From Orbicella franksi (taxonomy: Eukaryota): 64,000 nt of DNA. Under the pieces are notes generated by a model. That model worked only from the letters and a program-made list of their open reading frames with translations. It was not told the origin of the DNA and ran no database searches. Position numbers and translations under genes: made by a program. Below, one piece after another: positions 1 through 12,900 of this stretch. The first letter of the stretch is position 1; each line of letters opens with the position of its first letter. The stretch spans positions 18,538,001-18,602,000 of the forward strand of contig OZ116703.1 in NCBI GenBank assembly GCA_964199315.1, read 5' to 3'.

Positions 1-1100
1 TGCCACCAATACTGTTCCTAAGGAACTCGGAGAGGAATTTGCTAAACTCACCTCCCCTTTGGCCTTTGCTAAGGCTCTGCTTTATTATTTACAACCACTC
101 TCAATCAGCAGAGTAGCAAAAATATGCATTAGAACGTGATGGCCTATGGCCTATGGTTCATGATTTCTCTAACTCGGGTTTATCTAATCCCAGCTCCTTT
201 GTTCACCTCAGTAAGGAATTCCAAAAAGATCTGGATATGCATACTTCCTGGCTTCTTGGGGTGAGTTTCACCTGTTTTGACCCCTGTTTTCTTTCTGTTC
301 CAATTTTGTTTCCCTAGGCAGCGATGCCTCTAGGTTAATTGGTGAGGGAACATACCTCAATGACCACTGATTTAAAGGTGAATGGTTCCCTCAGCAATGA
401 TGTGCATCTTCCTCAGAAGTAAGCATTGCCTTGCAGGAACTTTTCCCTCTACTTAGCTTGTGCCATATGAGAAACTTTGTGGCACGATAGGCATGTGCAT
501 TTAGTTGAAGAGTTCAGCTGCAACCTTGACTTTGCCCTTGGGTTATCCAGACGAAACTGTCAGCTCATTGCTTTTTTGTTCTCGAAAGCATTCTTAAACT
601 TTTGCCCTTAACCATTCACTCGACCTTCAGACAGTGATGCTTTGGGCGGCTTTTGCTCTAGCCTTCTTTAGCTTCTTTTTGGGTGGTACGGTGGCCTTAT
701 GGTTGGTGGGCTGGACCCTAGATCGAGCGGTCCAGGTTCAAGCCCTGGTAGGAGACATTGTGTTGTGTTCTTGGACAACACACTTTACTCTTCCAGTGCC
801 TCTCTCTCCATGTAGGACCTGTGCTGGGTACCTGTGGACTAGCATTCCATCTAGCAACAACCCTTCGATCAGGCACTAAAATGATGCCTGGTTTGCCTTA
901 GCTTGGGTGAGAGATGGTGGCCACACCCACTTTTCCAAGGTATCATTCCTCGAGGAGCTTAGCATAGGTACACGCCATTCTTCCTGAGTGCCTCATGACA
1001 CCCATCTCATGGTTTTATTACGACTCGCTGACATTAGCCCCAAGTACAGGATGCACGCGCAGCAGGAAACTTCCAGGTCCAGGACAATCCCCTGCCTTCT
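1..1100 (-). mobile_element. Decayed retroelement gag-like remnant (possibly DIRS/tyrosine-recombinase type), interrupted by a SINE
   Basis: Minus-strand translation gives fragments ILVPDRR...W, KKKLKKARAKAAQ and a partial zinc knuckle CLSCHKVSH (Cx2Cx4H, ~490-530) among many stops and frameshifts. Family assignment is tentative. Confidence 0.3.
682..831 (+). mobile_element. tRNA-derived SINE fragment
   Basis: A-box-like TGGCCTTATGG (692-702) and B-box-like GGTTCAAGCCC (735-745), followed by a body (ttggacaacacactttactct...gtgcctctctctcca) typical of invertebrate SINE2 elements. Confidence 0.65.
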
Positions 1101-1610
1101 CCCACTTAAGGTTATTCCCCAGTATTGCATTGCGCATCCCTTCTGCGCATAATTTCACGCGTGATTAGCGCGCGCGCATTACAAAATGGCGGCTTTTTCT
1201 TTACAGCTGGACCTCGCCATAGAGGTAAATCGTCATTTTCTCGCAAACGAGTATGGTGATCTATCATTTTTTCTGTTGTTTTGAATTGAGTAATAAATTT
1301 CTCTGTGTAAAATAAATATGGACCAATTCTCAGTGTAGAACAAAAAGCAATCGTCGGAAACGTAAATTTAGCAAGCAATCGTAACTACAATCATGGTGCT
1401 ATTATAAGGATTTATATGGGTATATACAAGGTGCTTTTGCTCCTAAACGAACATGGGAACCCCTCATTTTTATTTCAAAATTTAAGTTCCTATAATGTAA
1501 ACAATCGATAGACAAAGTTTCACAAAAATCTCAGTGCAGGTTCTATTTCAGCGGAATGACCTTAAACTGTCTTTTTGTTGTGCGTGACATTAAGTTGGTA
1601 TTCTCAAGAC

Positions 1611-2045
1611 CTGAGGGGTACTCCTTTATTCAGGCTATACGGGAACGTGCCGCTGGGCAGGGTATGATTTTTTGGCCCCGTTGTCCTGAACAGGGTATAC
1701 AATTTTACTCGCCTCTGTCCTAAACAGGGTCAAGACCTGTCTTTAACAGGGAATGGTGTTACGAGCAGGGAGACTTTAACCGGCCATTACAAGGTCATCA
1801 GTCAACATCAGATCATTTTCTAACCAAGGATGCCATTGTTGTCGGTAGATTTTTTTTCCAGTTATCAGTATTATAGCAAGCGCGCATTGACAGAATAGAT
1901 CGTAACAGTAGGTCTAGTTTCTGTGTGTTTCTTTGTCCTACACAGGGTAGGGTTTTTAGAGTATTTTTGTCCTAAACAGGGTCAGGATTTCAAACCCTCA
2001 GCCGCGCCCCTATACCCAAACATGGGTCAAGTACCCCCCCCCCCG
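1611..2045. mobile_element. Non-autonomous DNA transposon (MITE), Mutator/MULE-like by TSD length
   Basis: Termini ..GGGGTACT / AGTACCCCCC..G. Exact 9-bp flanking duplication TCTCAAGAC at 1602-1610 and 2046-2054. Internal repeated (c)taaacagggt motifs. Related copies at 43.6 and 53.3 kb. Confidence 0.7.
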
Positions 2046-2166
2046 TCTCAAGACAACATTTTTGAAAATATGGTCTTGAATGGGAGCATTTGCTATTGAC
2101 TGCTGTATTTAATTACGCAAAATATGACAATAAGTTTCTAAGCACATTATTTTACAATTGCCGCAG

Positions 2167-5100
2167 GAAATAACCGACGAGTCGATAGCTCAAATGGTTT
2201 GTCACAGGATCCGTCTTCCCAAACAGAGAACGTTCACGATGAAAAAGTTATAAATCCACGTGCAATTGATACATTGAAGCATCCTGATCCTTTAGGAGTT
2301 CCTGGTAATAAACAAGGCAGTGAAAATGCTCGTAAACATCGTCGGAGCAACAGCCGTTCCTCTGGGGCTTGTGGTCCCGTCAGCAACCCCACCGGCAAAA
2401 GTAAAGATCCAGAACGTAGAAAGACTTCTGGTAAAGTGTTGGCAATAACTGCAGAAACGTTACTGGCTAACTGCCAAAAGGAACTTCAAGAAAAGATGAC
2501 AGCCGTAACAGAGCAACATACTAAAAAGATCGATGGAGTAAGTGGTCTTCTAGGTCGGCTGCGTGTATTGAAACACATTCGTTTGGAAGATTATGAACGA
2601 ATATGCTCAGAGAGAGAAGCTCTAAAGCAAAAGAAAGATGAGCTACAGCTACAGAAGGATGAATTTCAACGCTTTAAAGCTCAGATAACTTCTTGTCTGC
2701 TTGACCAAAGCTCTCAGCCGTTGTCACGTGTAAAGGGTACAATCAAGGAATTGAGGACTGCTGTTGGTAGAGAATGCCACAGGCTTGAAGCAGCCCTTCC
2801 AATGTACGCACGAAAAACCACCATAACTGACACTGTCAAGCAAAACCAGGTTTGTGTTGTTCTCGGAGAAACTGGATCAGGCAAAAGCACTCAGATGACC
2901 CAGTATCTCTACGAAGCTGGGTTTGCTAAGAACGGCCTAATCGTTTGCACTCAACCACGAAAAGTTGCAGCCACTAGTTTAGCAGCCCACGTTGCTGAGG
3001 AAATGAGTGGGGTTGTCGGACAGGTTGTTGGTTGCCATGTAGGAGGGAACATCCAAGCAAGCAAGACAACTGGTATTATCTACGCAACAGATCACATTCT
3101 CCTCAATGAATGCCTGAGAGATCCTAATCTATCCAAATATTCTTGCATAATTATCGATGAGGCACATGAACGCAGTCTTTACTCAGACCTACTTCTTGGA
3201 ATGATCAAGAAAAGCCTTGTACAACGTCCCGAGCTGCGAGTGGTCATCACTTCAGCTACCATTGATCCTGCTATCTTTGTGGCGTATTTTGATAAGTGTC
3301 CCGTTTTGAAGGTGTCTGGTAGAATATTCCCTGTGGATGTCATATGGAAAGATGGTCCAACAAGCAATGCAGAAAACTATCTGCAAGAGGCTGTTAATGC
3401 AGCTCAGGAAATTCACCGCAGGGAAGGTCCAGGAGACATTCTGGTGTTTCTTACTTCCCCGGTGGAAACAGAACGTGCGTGTGAAAAGTTAGGAAAGATT
3501 GAGCCTGATCCAAATCTGGTTTGTCTCCCGCTTCATGGAAAGCTACGTCAAGAAGAGCAGAGGAGGGTGTTCAAGGAAGGCGTAGGCAAACGAAAAGTAA
3601 TATTTGCAACGAATTGTGCGGAGACGTCCATTACAATTCCTGGGATAAGGTTCGTGGTGGACACTGGCATGGTAAAAGAAATGACGTTTGACCCAAAACG
3701 CAACAAAAGTTCTTTGGAAGTAACAACCATTCACAAGAGTTCTGCTGAGCAACGCAAAGGACGAGCGGGAAGGACACAGGCTGGAAAGTGCTATCGACTT
3801 TACAGTGAGGACGAATATGCAGCAATGGAAGATCGGTCCAGACCAGAGATTTTACGAGTCCATCTGGGCCAGGCAATGTTGAAATTAATGGAACTGGGCA
3901 TCGAAAATGTGACAGAGTTTGAGTTTGTGGAATCACCACCACTGGAATCAATAAAACTTGCCTTAGAGGACTTGGAATTGCTTGGAGCCACCGCTAATGG
4001 ACAGCTTACAGAGCTTGGCCACAAGATTGCTCGAGTTCCATTGGAGCCGCGCATAGCAAAGCTCTTATTTGATGGCATTTATCAAGGAATCGGTGCTGAA
4101 GCTTTGGCGTTAGCAGCCATTGCAACTGTAAGTGGTAGCGTATTTTTCCGCATGGGTAGCGAAGAGGAAAAGCATGTGGCTGACAGTAGGAAAGTCGGTT
4201 TCTGTCACAATGGTGGTGACCTGTTGACGTTGCTGGAAGTGTACAGACAACACCTGAAGCAACCTAAAGGAAAGCGAAACAAGTGGGCCTTTGACAACAG
4301 CTTGAACGCAAAATCGCTTCGCTTGGCAGATGAGACAATCAAAGAGCTCAAGCTGGCTTTGAATCACGAGCTGAACATTAGAGTAACAGATGCTATTCAA
4401 CAGAATGAGAGTACTGACCTGAAGCTGCAAAAGATTTTGGTATCATGTTATGCCGCCAATCTTTGTGTGTTCACTGGCCACCAGAAGGCAGGGTACAGAG
4501 TGGTGGCATTCAATCACTGTGCGCAGTTGCATCCTTCTTCAGCACTCAAGTTCCTTGGAGAAACACCTCAGTTTATCGTTTTTGAACAACTCCTTAAGAC
4601 ATCTCGAGACTTTGTCATCAACGCAACCCCTGTGGAAGAGACGTGGCTTCACGAAATGATGTCAGCAGGAGCTGTTAAGTGTGATTTCGAACAACTGATG
4701 TCAACAGTGCTGACAGAGGTTGCTTTGCCCTGTAGTCGAGACCTGATGACTTCAGCGTTTGGAGGATTCCGAAGACGAATGATTGATGCAGTTGAAGAGA
4801 AAGTGTCGAAATGTTGTGATGGTAGTTTGGTTGTGCTAGAGAAGAACGAAGAATCAGGCCAAGTGAAAATCTTTGTGCCACCAATCCACGTAGTCAAGGC
4901 TCTCTCTGTTGTGGGACAACACTTAGAGGAAAACAGGAAATTGCTGAGGGGCGAGCGAAAAGAAGAGTATCTAAAAGAAGATTGTCAGAGCAGCAGAATT
5001 GTTTGGGGACAAGGTGGGGAAGTGCAGGAATTGCTAATGCCTCATATGTATCTAACCGTGACAGTCGGTGAGATACAAGACGGTAACGCCTTGGTCGTCT

Positions 5101-7124
5101 TAGATTACTTGAAGTCGTTTGGAGAGATTGTGAAACACAATTTCAAGGAGCAGAGATGCAAGATGCGATTGTTTGCCACTTTCAAACATTCTGAAGACGC
5201 GGCCATGGCAGTTAAAAGCTCCTCCAGTAACCCACTGGGCATGGACGAAAAAGTGAAGCCGTCCCAGGCAATGTCTGATAACACACATTCACAAGTCCCT
5301 CAGTTTAAAGTGAAAGCCAAGTGGCTCCGACGTCCTGGTAAAGGTACAGGTTCCATTGAATTTTTCAACGCTGATGATTTTGCGTTTACACTTAGCAGTC
5401 TTTCCTTCCAGTCGCTAATGATAACATCGAATCGGGTTACATTTCAAGCGGACAAGCTTCGCGAAGGGCAGCTATTCATGAGAGGACTCCATCCCGAAAC
5501 TTCAATGGAGGATGTGAAGTCTGCTATCGAAAGAAGATTACCTAGTGTGAAAGTGAAAAACGTGTTTATCCATCGATTAGCAGAATTTCCTACTAGCGAT
5601 GAAACCCTTGATTCACAGACGTTATCCTTTCAAGAACGTCTCTACACCTTTGCTACAGAAGGCCAATTTTCCGTTCATTTGAAAAGACCTTCACCTAAAG
5701 ATTTTGATGGGCATGCCTATCTGACGTTCCAAGACGCTGAGGAGGCTCAAGCAGTCGTGAGAGGTCTTAGTGGCCAACGTATCTTTGACATCGGGATCGT
5801 AACCCTGGAACCCATCCTTTCAACTTTCTTGTTGTGTTCAAGAAATGTCTTCACTGTCATCGAAGATGAGCTGCGCGCAGTTGTGAAGGAACTAGATATG
5901 ACCTTTGACAAGAGGTTAGTTTTGAAAGTAAACTGTCAACGCAAAGACCAGCGAGTCTCCATCGAAATCCAAAGTGACTGTACGGAGCACTTTATTCGTG
6001 CAACAACAGCATTCAATGAGATCCTCAACGGAGACCGGATTGACTGCAAAACTTCGAAAACCTTGGAAATATTAATGACCAATCAGGTGAAAGACGTCTT
6101 GCAAGCCATCGAGAAAGATACTGGAACTGTAATCAATCAAGATTGGAAGAACAAAGTTGTCCGAATACATGGAAACGAGGCCAGTCGAGAATCAGCCAAG
6201 TGCGCTATCAACAAGTTTCTTGATGACTCCATCGCAAGTAACAGTCACCCATGGGAGATTCAGCTTCGGGGACCAGGCAAGCCACGCGGGCTGCTGAAAA
6301 CTCTTTTTAAGAGATTTGGCGTAGATCTCAAAGGACTGCAGGATATTCCTGGTGTCCAAAAGATCCATGTTGAATTCCGCAACCACGTACTTAAGATTCA
6401 GAGTTCCGATGAAGCTCGGGAAACAATCAATTCCTATGTGGAAGAGTGTTCCGAAAATCTTCCCAAGGAATCATCCCTTTTACCATCCGAAGGTCAAACC
6501 CAGCTGACTTGTGGCATCTGCCTGTGTGATGTGGACGACACAACTGATTTGTATAGACTTGCCTGCTGTGGCCATAGCTACGACAAGAGCTGTGTTATCC
6601 AGCAACTGAAATCTGCAGAGTTTCCACTTAAGTGTGCCACAGAGGATTGTGAAGAGCTCCTTGTGTGGAAAGATTTGCAGAATCTGTTGAGCGAAAAGGA
6701 GAGAAGAAAGCTCGCTATCAGTGCGTTGGACGAGTACGTCAAAAAGAATCGCGAAATTGTCAAGTATTGTCCAACTGCCGACTGCGGTATGGTGTACCGC
6801 GTCTCGACGGAAGGAAGACGCTTCACTTGTTGCGCATGCCTAGCCGAAATCTGCACGTCTTGCCACGTGCAGTGGCACAACGGGCTCACTTGTACCATGT
6901 TCAAATCAGGAGAGCAGGTAGAGGGATGTTTAGAAGACTGGATGATGAAGGACCCAAGCAATAGGAAGATTTGTCCCAAATGTAAGACGCCAATTGAAAA
7001 GATTGATGGCTGTAATCATATGACATGCTCTGGGTGTAAATCGCACATGTGTTGGCTGTGCCTGGAGGTGTTCCCAACAGGAGACCAGGTTTATGATCAT
7101 CAACGACACTGTCCGAAGCGTTAA
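2167..7124 (+). CDS. ATP-dependent DEAH-box RNA helicase fused to RRM/KH-like domains and an RBR (RING1-IBR-Rcat) E3 ubiquitin ligase; DEAH11/DEAH12-like. Large terminal coding exon; start codon probably in an upstream exon
   Basis: Uninterrupted 1641-codon ORF. Helicase motifs GETGSGKST, TQPRKVAA, IIIDEAH, SAT, TNCAETSITIPG, QRKGRAGR, followed by HA2/OB-like region. RNP-like HAYLTFQD. C-terminal CGIC..CGHSYDKSC..CATEDC (RING1), CPTADC..CCAC..CTSCHVQWH (IBR), CPKC..IEKIDGCNHMTC..CWLC (Rcat). The ORF-track start is TTG; splice acceptor ttacaattgccgcAG ends at 2166 and the frame is open from 2142. ATTAAA at 7309-7314. Confidence 0.93.
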
Positions 7125-8424
7125 GAGTGTGAACCGATTTCTTCTCTGCAACTTAAGAGTGTGTCCTCTTTTGTGACGTTTACGACCGACGATACATTGT
7201 GTTCTAGCTATACATTGTAAGCTTGTTGCCACTGGTAACATCCTAGCAGTCTGTTATTATTAGATTTGTGTAACGTTTTCCTAGATGTCCTCTGCCTTTA
7301 TTTCAAGCATTAAAACTTGCTAAATAGAGAGCGCTTAACGTGTTTCGGCACAAGAGGATACTGAGGAATGAAATCGTAAAATTCTATGCTTATCTAGATC
7401 CGCCATCCAGACCATATGGTGACAGTGTACTGTTTATACTTGATGTTTTAGCTTCAAAAAGAAGATATATCAAACGCGCAAGACAGTCTTTTACATTTCA
7501 AAGACCTCGAAGGATTCCGAATACTCCGCTGCGCATCGAAAATGTAACTTTCTTCTTGTTTTGGAATAGCCTGCTGAGACTGCGTCAGTCTAGACCGCCG
7601 GTATTATATAGACCCCCGGGTATCGACCATATCGAGGATTTTGTGGCACGTTCGGCTGCACCGCTGGTTAGGTTCGGGAAAGTGGTAAAACTAAGTTTAA
7701 CCTTACAGCTGATAGTCGTGACCAATACGATTCAAAAAATGGGGTATGTCTTTATCTCCATTCCTAAGAACAAGAATTTGTTTCCAAAACTTCCACACCT
7801 TACACGAGTAAAATTATTCGAAGGCAAGAGGTGACGCATCATGACGACCTAGTTTTACAAGGGCAAATATTAAAGAGCGGAGTTATTATTTGATTATCTC
7901 AAGGGTGTTCCAAGCACCCATGGTGCCTCCCACAATCTGAGAAAGAAATAACTTATATGGCCTCTGAAGTGCTTTTATAGCCGTAAGACCCTCAAGAGTG
8001 CAAAATGGGACATCACCTTCAGTTAGTCAGTACTTTGTCAATTTATTTGAATATCTGGCAGCACAATTTTTAGGAAGATTTGCTTTTCGAAATGATGAAA
8101 TTGGACCTCCACTTATATCTGACATCAAAGACCATTTCTGTAGCCTTTTGGAACTTTTTTGTGGATATATTGAACTGTTTCTGGTAACGGTGTAACTTTT
8201 CAGGTTTGATGTGATTTATGTGATAGTCTGTAACTTGTGATCAGCTGTTCTTTTTTCACACGGAGGCAGAAGAGAGAGAGGAAGTGGAAGGGGCACATTC
8301 GTTTGACAAGTCGTCTGCTTTCCCCAAATTTAAGTCTGTCATCTGACATGTCATATATGTCGTAATACGTTTGAGCCAGTCAGAATTTACCAGAGATCAT
8401 GTTTGTTTCTGGTTACATTTCCTG

Positions 8425-8532
8425 TAGCCTGATTCTCAGACGTCTGAGGTCATTCGCGGTCCCTCTTTCTCCTCTCTCTCAAGGGGTAGCGAAGGGGCTG
8501 CGAATGACCCAGAATGTCTGAGAATCAGGCTA
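8425..8532. mobile_element. TAGCCT...AGGCTA-type MITE
   Basis: Perfect 17-bp terminal inverted repeat TAGCCTGATTCTCAGAC (8425-8441) / GTCTGAGAATCAGGCTA (8516-8532). Confidence 0.75.
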
Positions 8533-8632
8533 CATTTTCCTCCTGAATCATCAATGGAGGATGTAAATTTACTGGAAATGGCATGTCTCTAGTTAACAAA
8601 TAAATTCCATGTTGCTGTGTGTCTGTTCAGTA

Positions 8633-8930
8633 AAGCTGGGTTCCCACTAGTGATGCAAACATAGGCATAAGCATAAAAGAAGCTAATGCTAGTGAGGATG
8701 GTTGCAAAATGAGCATAAGAATATCAAAACCTTAAGTTCCTCTTATGCTCATGTTGCTGTTGTGTCGATCAGTGAGGACTTTATGCTTATGTCAACCATG
8801 TTCTCACTGAATATAAGCGTAAGCGTAAGAAGAAGGCTTAGGCTTATGTCTTGGCCAGGTCTTGGCCTTCCTTACTAGCGCATATGCTTCTTATGCTTAT
8901 GTTTGTGTCACAAGTGAGGACTGGGCTTAA
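8633..8930. mobile_element. CATAAG-rich MITE (family copy 1)
   Basis: Imperfect inverted ends (aagctgggttcccactagtgatgcaaacataggcataagcata / tatgcttatgtttgtgtcacaagtgaggactgggctt) and internal GCATAA/TTATGC units. Homologous to 55178-55490. Confidence 0.55.
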
Positions 8931-9943
8931 TACATCACAAATTGCACCAAAATGTGTTAAGAGCAAGTGTCTCATGAGGCGATATTGAATGTACCACTGA
9001 TCTTACACACATTTTGACGTCTTCTATAATCTACTACTAAACAGATGCACAGCAACATGGAAACTACTTGTTTTATATAACAAAGAAACAAAATGGGATG
9101 TTTATGATGCCATCTATGCATCTGTCCTCCAATAGATCATAAGTAAGAACCAATCAAAATGCAAGAATTAGTAAGTAACAACCAATTAAAATGTGAGAAT
9201 TATTTATATATAAAAGCCCAATTGATGTCATTTGAATGTTGGCATTTGGATAAGTTAAAACAGGGGCCCTCATGGAAAATGACATGTCAGTATAAAAGGG
9301 GGTTGCCAATTAGTGACATTTACCATCTGTTGGCTGCTCTCTAATTTGAAATTTGGTCTTTCAGCCTATTTTGCTTCACAATTTTGACGTTTTCCCTCTC
9401 TTCCACTGCTGCGGAAAAAGAAAAATACCTGATTGCAGGTTACACAGATCAGCAGAGAGACAAAAAAATATTCCTATAGATGGCATTTAGATTACAGACA
9501 TTAAGGAAAGAAAGGAAAAGGATTTGTATGAGGAGAGGTGCAGGAAATCCTCTATTTTCAGGCATTCTAGTTTGCACACTCATCATTACAAGTTCAGGAA
9601 AAAGTTAAAACTACATGTAGTAAGAAAAGAATAAGATGATGCCAAGGCATGGCAAGATAAGACACACCAAACTGTGAACTACATGTATACAATCACATTT
9701 CAACAAAAAAAATTAATATTAGAACTAGACAATAAAATGTAACAACTTATTAATTGCAAAGTTATTTGTTTTATTTTAAGCTGATCTAGCCTTCTCAACT
9801 TTGAGGAAACCCAAACTCCTGAAGAATAAACTACAATACCAGAAAGACCTCAACTGTAGCAGAAAAGGGTCAAGATGGTAGCACATATGAGTAAAAACAT
9901 GACAAAACGGCAATCAAAAGTTTATCCCATCTTTACAAAGAAC

Positions 9944-12900
9944 TTATTTTCCTCTGATCCAAGCTTCTTTTAGTACTGTGGCACTTTTTGGTGCTTTATA
10001 CCTGGGTTGAAAAGATCTTTTAGTTGCTGCAGGTAGTGATGGAAAGTCCCTCTCAGATATATCATTAGTTTTTGCCTCCATGTTCCAAGCTGTGGCCCCA
10101 CTTTGCCACACCGCAGGTGTAGCCATCTTTTTATGAGATTTTCCAGCTTTACTTTTGTGCTCTCCTTGTTGCTTTGCAGTAATTTTGGCATCTTGATGAG
10201 CAATTAACAGTTCTTTTTTTCTTTCTGGGTCAGGCAATAAATCAACAAGTTCTGAAAAAAGTTGTGAGAAATTTGACCCAAAGAGTTCACAACAGTGGGA
10301 ATAATATTCTGTAGCAGTACAAGCATTTTGTCGAAATGTCCCAGACAATGCCTTAAACTCATCAAATTTAGACTTATCATGTCCTAGTAAACCTCTTATT
10401 TTATCAACTAGCGCTTGATTTCTCTCTTGAACACTGTTCATTTTCACCTTGGGTTTAGGTGCTGGCACCTCCTGTAAGGGTGCCACATTTTCCTTAACCT
10501 TTTCTTTTGCCACCAAGGGTGTCTGAAAACCTGGAGGTGGCTTAGCACGATAAGTCTGCTGTGAACCAGCTAATGATGGTTGACAAGCTGCTGCAGCAAA
10601 CCCAGGAGGTATAGCTGATGATTGCTCTGGTACTTGTGCAGAGGCAGCCAAAGTGGGAAATTCATCAGCAGAGTGCAACTGTGCAGCACTGGCAGCTTTA
10701 CCATATATACTAGGCTTACTGGGTTTCTTGCTATCCTTGGCCACCTCACCCACACTTTTAACCTCCAGAGAACCAAGTAAGGCAGGAAATTGTCCAAGTT
10801 CCTCTGTGCTTTTAGCAACTGGCTCTCCAGTAGTTTTGCTTTCCTCAGGTTTGTATTTTTTGGGGTCTTGTGGTTTAGCCGATGGTGAAGGCAGCTGAGA
10901 AGGGTCTTGTGATGATCCACTTAATGAACGAGCCATTGCAGTTTGCAGATCTAGAGCTTCTTTCCTACAAATAAGACAACCGTTTGATAGTGAAAACAAT
11001 ACTGTACAAAGCTTGCAAAGTGACTTGTAATCACAGTGTTTGGCTGAAAAGCTACAGTACAAGTAGAACTTTTTCATCTAAGAGAGAGCCAAGGGAAGTA
11101 GCACTTTTCACATGCAATCTTGAAACACATTTAGTAGTGGCCAAGCAATTAACAGCCTACAGCCACTGGTGAAAAAACTATAAATCAATTTAAACAGGAA
11201 AGGTAAACCAGCAAAAGAAAGACTCGATAGGTTTTTAATCTGTTTGCCAAAATTGGAGAGTCTGCTCTGTTGTCATTCTCACAGTAATAATTATTATCAT
11301 TTGATGCATTTTTTTCTTCCTTTTCATTGGCCAAGAGCCAACCATGAGACATTCAAATTACTGCCTACAAAATAATGGTCTGTTCATGTGTAATTGTAAC
11401 CTTGCTCTCAGCTGAAAAGTGGCAGATCACCTCCCCTGAGCTGTCAGAGAGTGATTTAAATATGAAACAAACTTGGTGATCGAATGATAAAATAATAATA
11501 ATTATTGAACTTGGTTATTGCAAAATGTAATGATTTGTCACTGACAAATCAAAATACTTTGCTCAAACTTGATCAATGATTGTTAATTGTGAGAATTATT
11601 ATCACATATATAATTATTATTGTGAGTAACCTGTTAGCTATATCCTTTCTATTCCCTCCTTTTTCTCTCTTTCCCTTCCGTTGGTCTGAGGCTCTCACTT
11701 CCACGAAATCCCTGCCTGTAACAACTGAACCTTGATTTGCCTGCGGCCTAGGACGAGGTGCAAATGTGATGTCAATATCTAGTTGCCTAGCTTGGCGAGC
11801 CTGGGCTTTAGTTAAGTTTCCTGAGTGCTTTGCTGCACGATGGGCTTGAAGATCAACCTTCGTGCGAAAGACAGAGGTGAACTGCTCATGGACACAGTCA
11901 TCTTCCTCACAAAGGAAGTGAAAATCACGGAAGTGGACCCTGAGATATTCATAATTAGGATAGTAATCTTGACTGCCATCCCGCTCACAGAAGTGACACC
12001 AAAAATGATCCTTGCGCAAGTGCTTGTGTAGTTCATCATTGTCTAGATAACGGTGGTCACAAAATTCACACAAAGGATGCCCCTTGTGCGATTTGTCATC
12101 TGCATCACCAATTCTGCGGTGTCGTGCCAGTTCTGGACGAGTGTACACTTTCAACTCACAGCTGAATTTCTGTAAATGGGCAACACAAAGATCACAAAAG
12201 AACTTTTCATGTTCTCTCTTCATGTGGTCACGAAGACGATCAAAGCATCTGTCTGGTGGGCGATCTGGGCAGAGCTGGCAACGATACTCCAGGAGTTCTT
12301 TTACCCTCATTTGGATCTCTTTCCGCTGGTAAAAAATATGCTGCCTCTTATCAACCACAAAGGAACTCTTTCTGGCAGCAAGTTTAACATAGGTGGTGTT
12401 ATCTTTGGCCATAAATACCTGCATATAAGGACACAGAACATTGAAAAACACTGATCAAAAAATGTAACAGTATTTACTCTTTGGAATTTATCTTTTGCAT
12501 GGTCACATACATGTGTACATATGTAAATTTTCCAAAAATAGCCTTGTTTTAAGAGAGTATCCTTCCACTTCAATTTGGCTGTTGGTTTTCGTCACACTAA
12601 GCTGTAAAGTTCTAAAAATAGGTTTTCTCTGCCTGTTCACGCTTCTGGAAACAATGAATGAAATTGTTTTGGAAGCTTAACTTTGCTAATTATGTGGCCG
12701 TCAATCATTCAAGAAGCAAAGTGGTTAAGAAGTATTTAGTAGGCTTTGTCTACATAATCACAAGGCTAACAGATGAACGAAACTACGTCACAGATCAAAA
12801 TGCCGCTACAAGCAAATTTTACTTTCGTTTTAATCACTAACCAGTAGCGAGTTAATTTTCATAAGATAACCAACCACTCCTACTCAAAAATGTCGTAAGG

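Noticed and set aside
3179-7241. Multiple short ORFs overlapping the helicase CDS
   Set aside because: Antisense or alternate-frame shadows of the long ORF.
7340-7834. 164-aa ORF after the helicase
   Set aside because: GTG start, no recognisable domain and no splice context; probably 3'UTR or intergenic.
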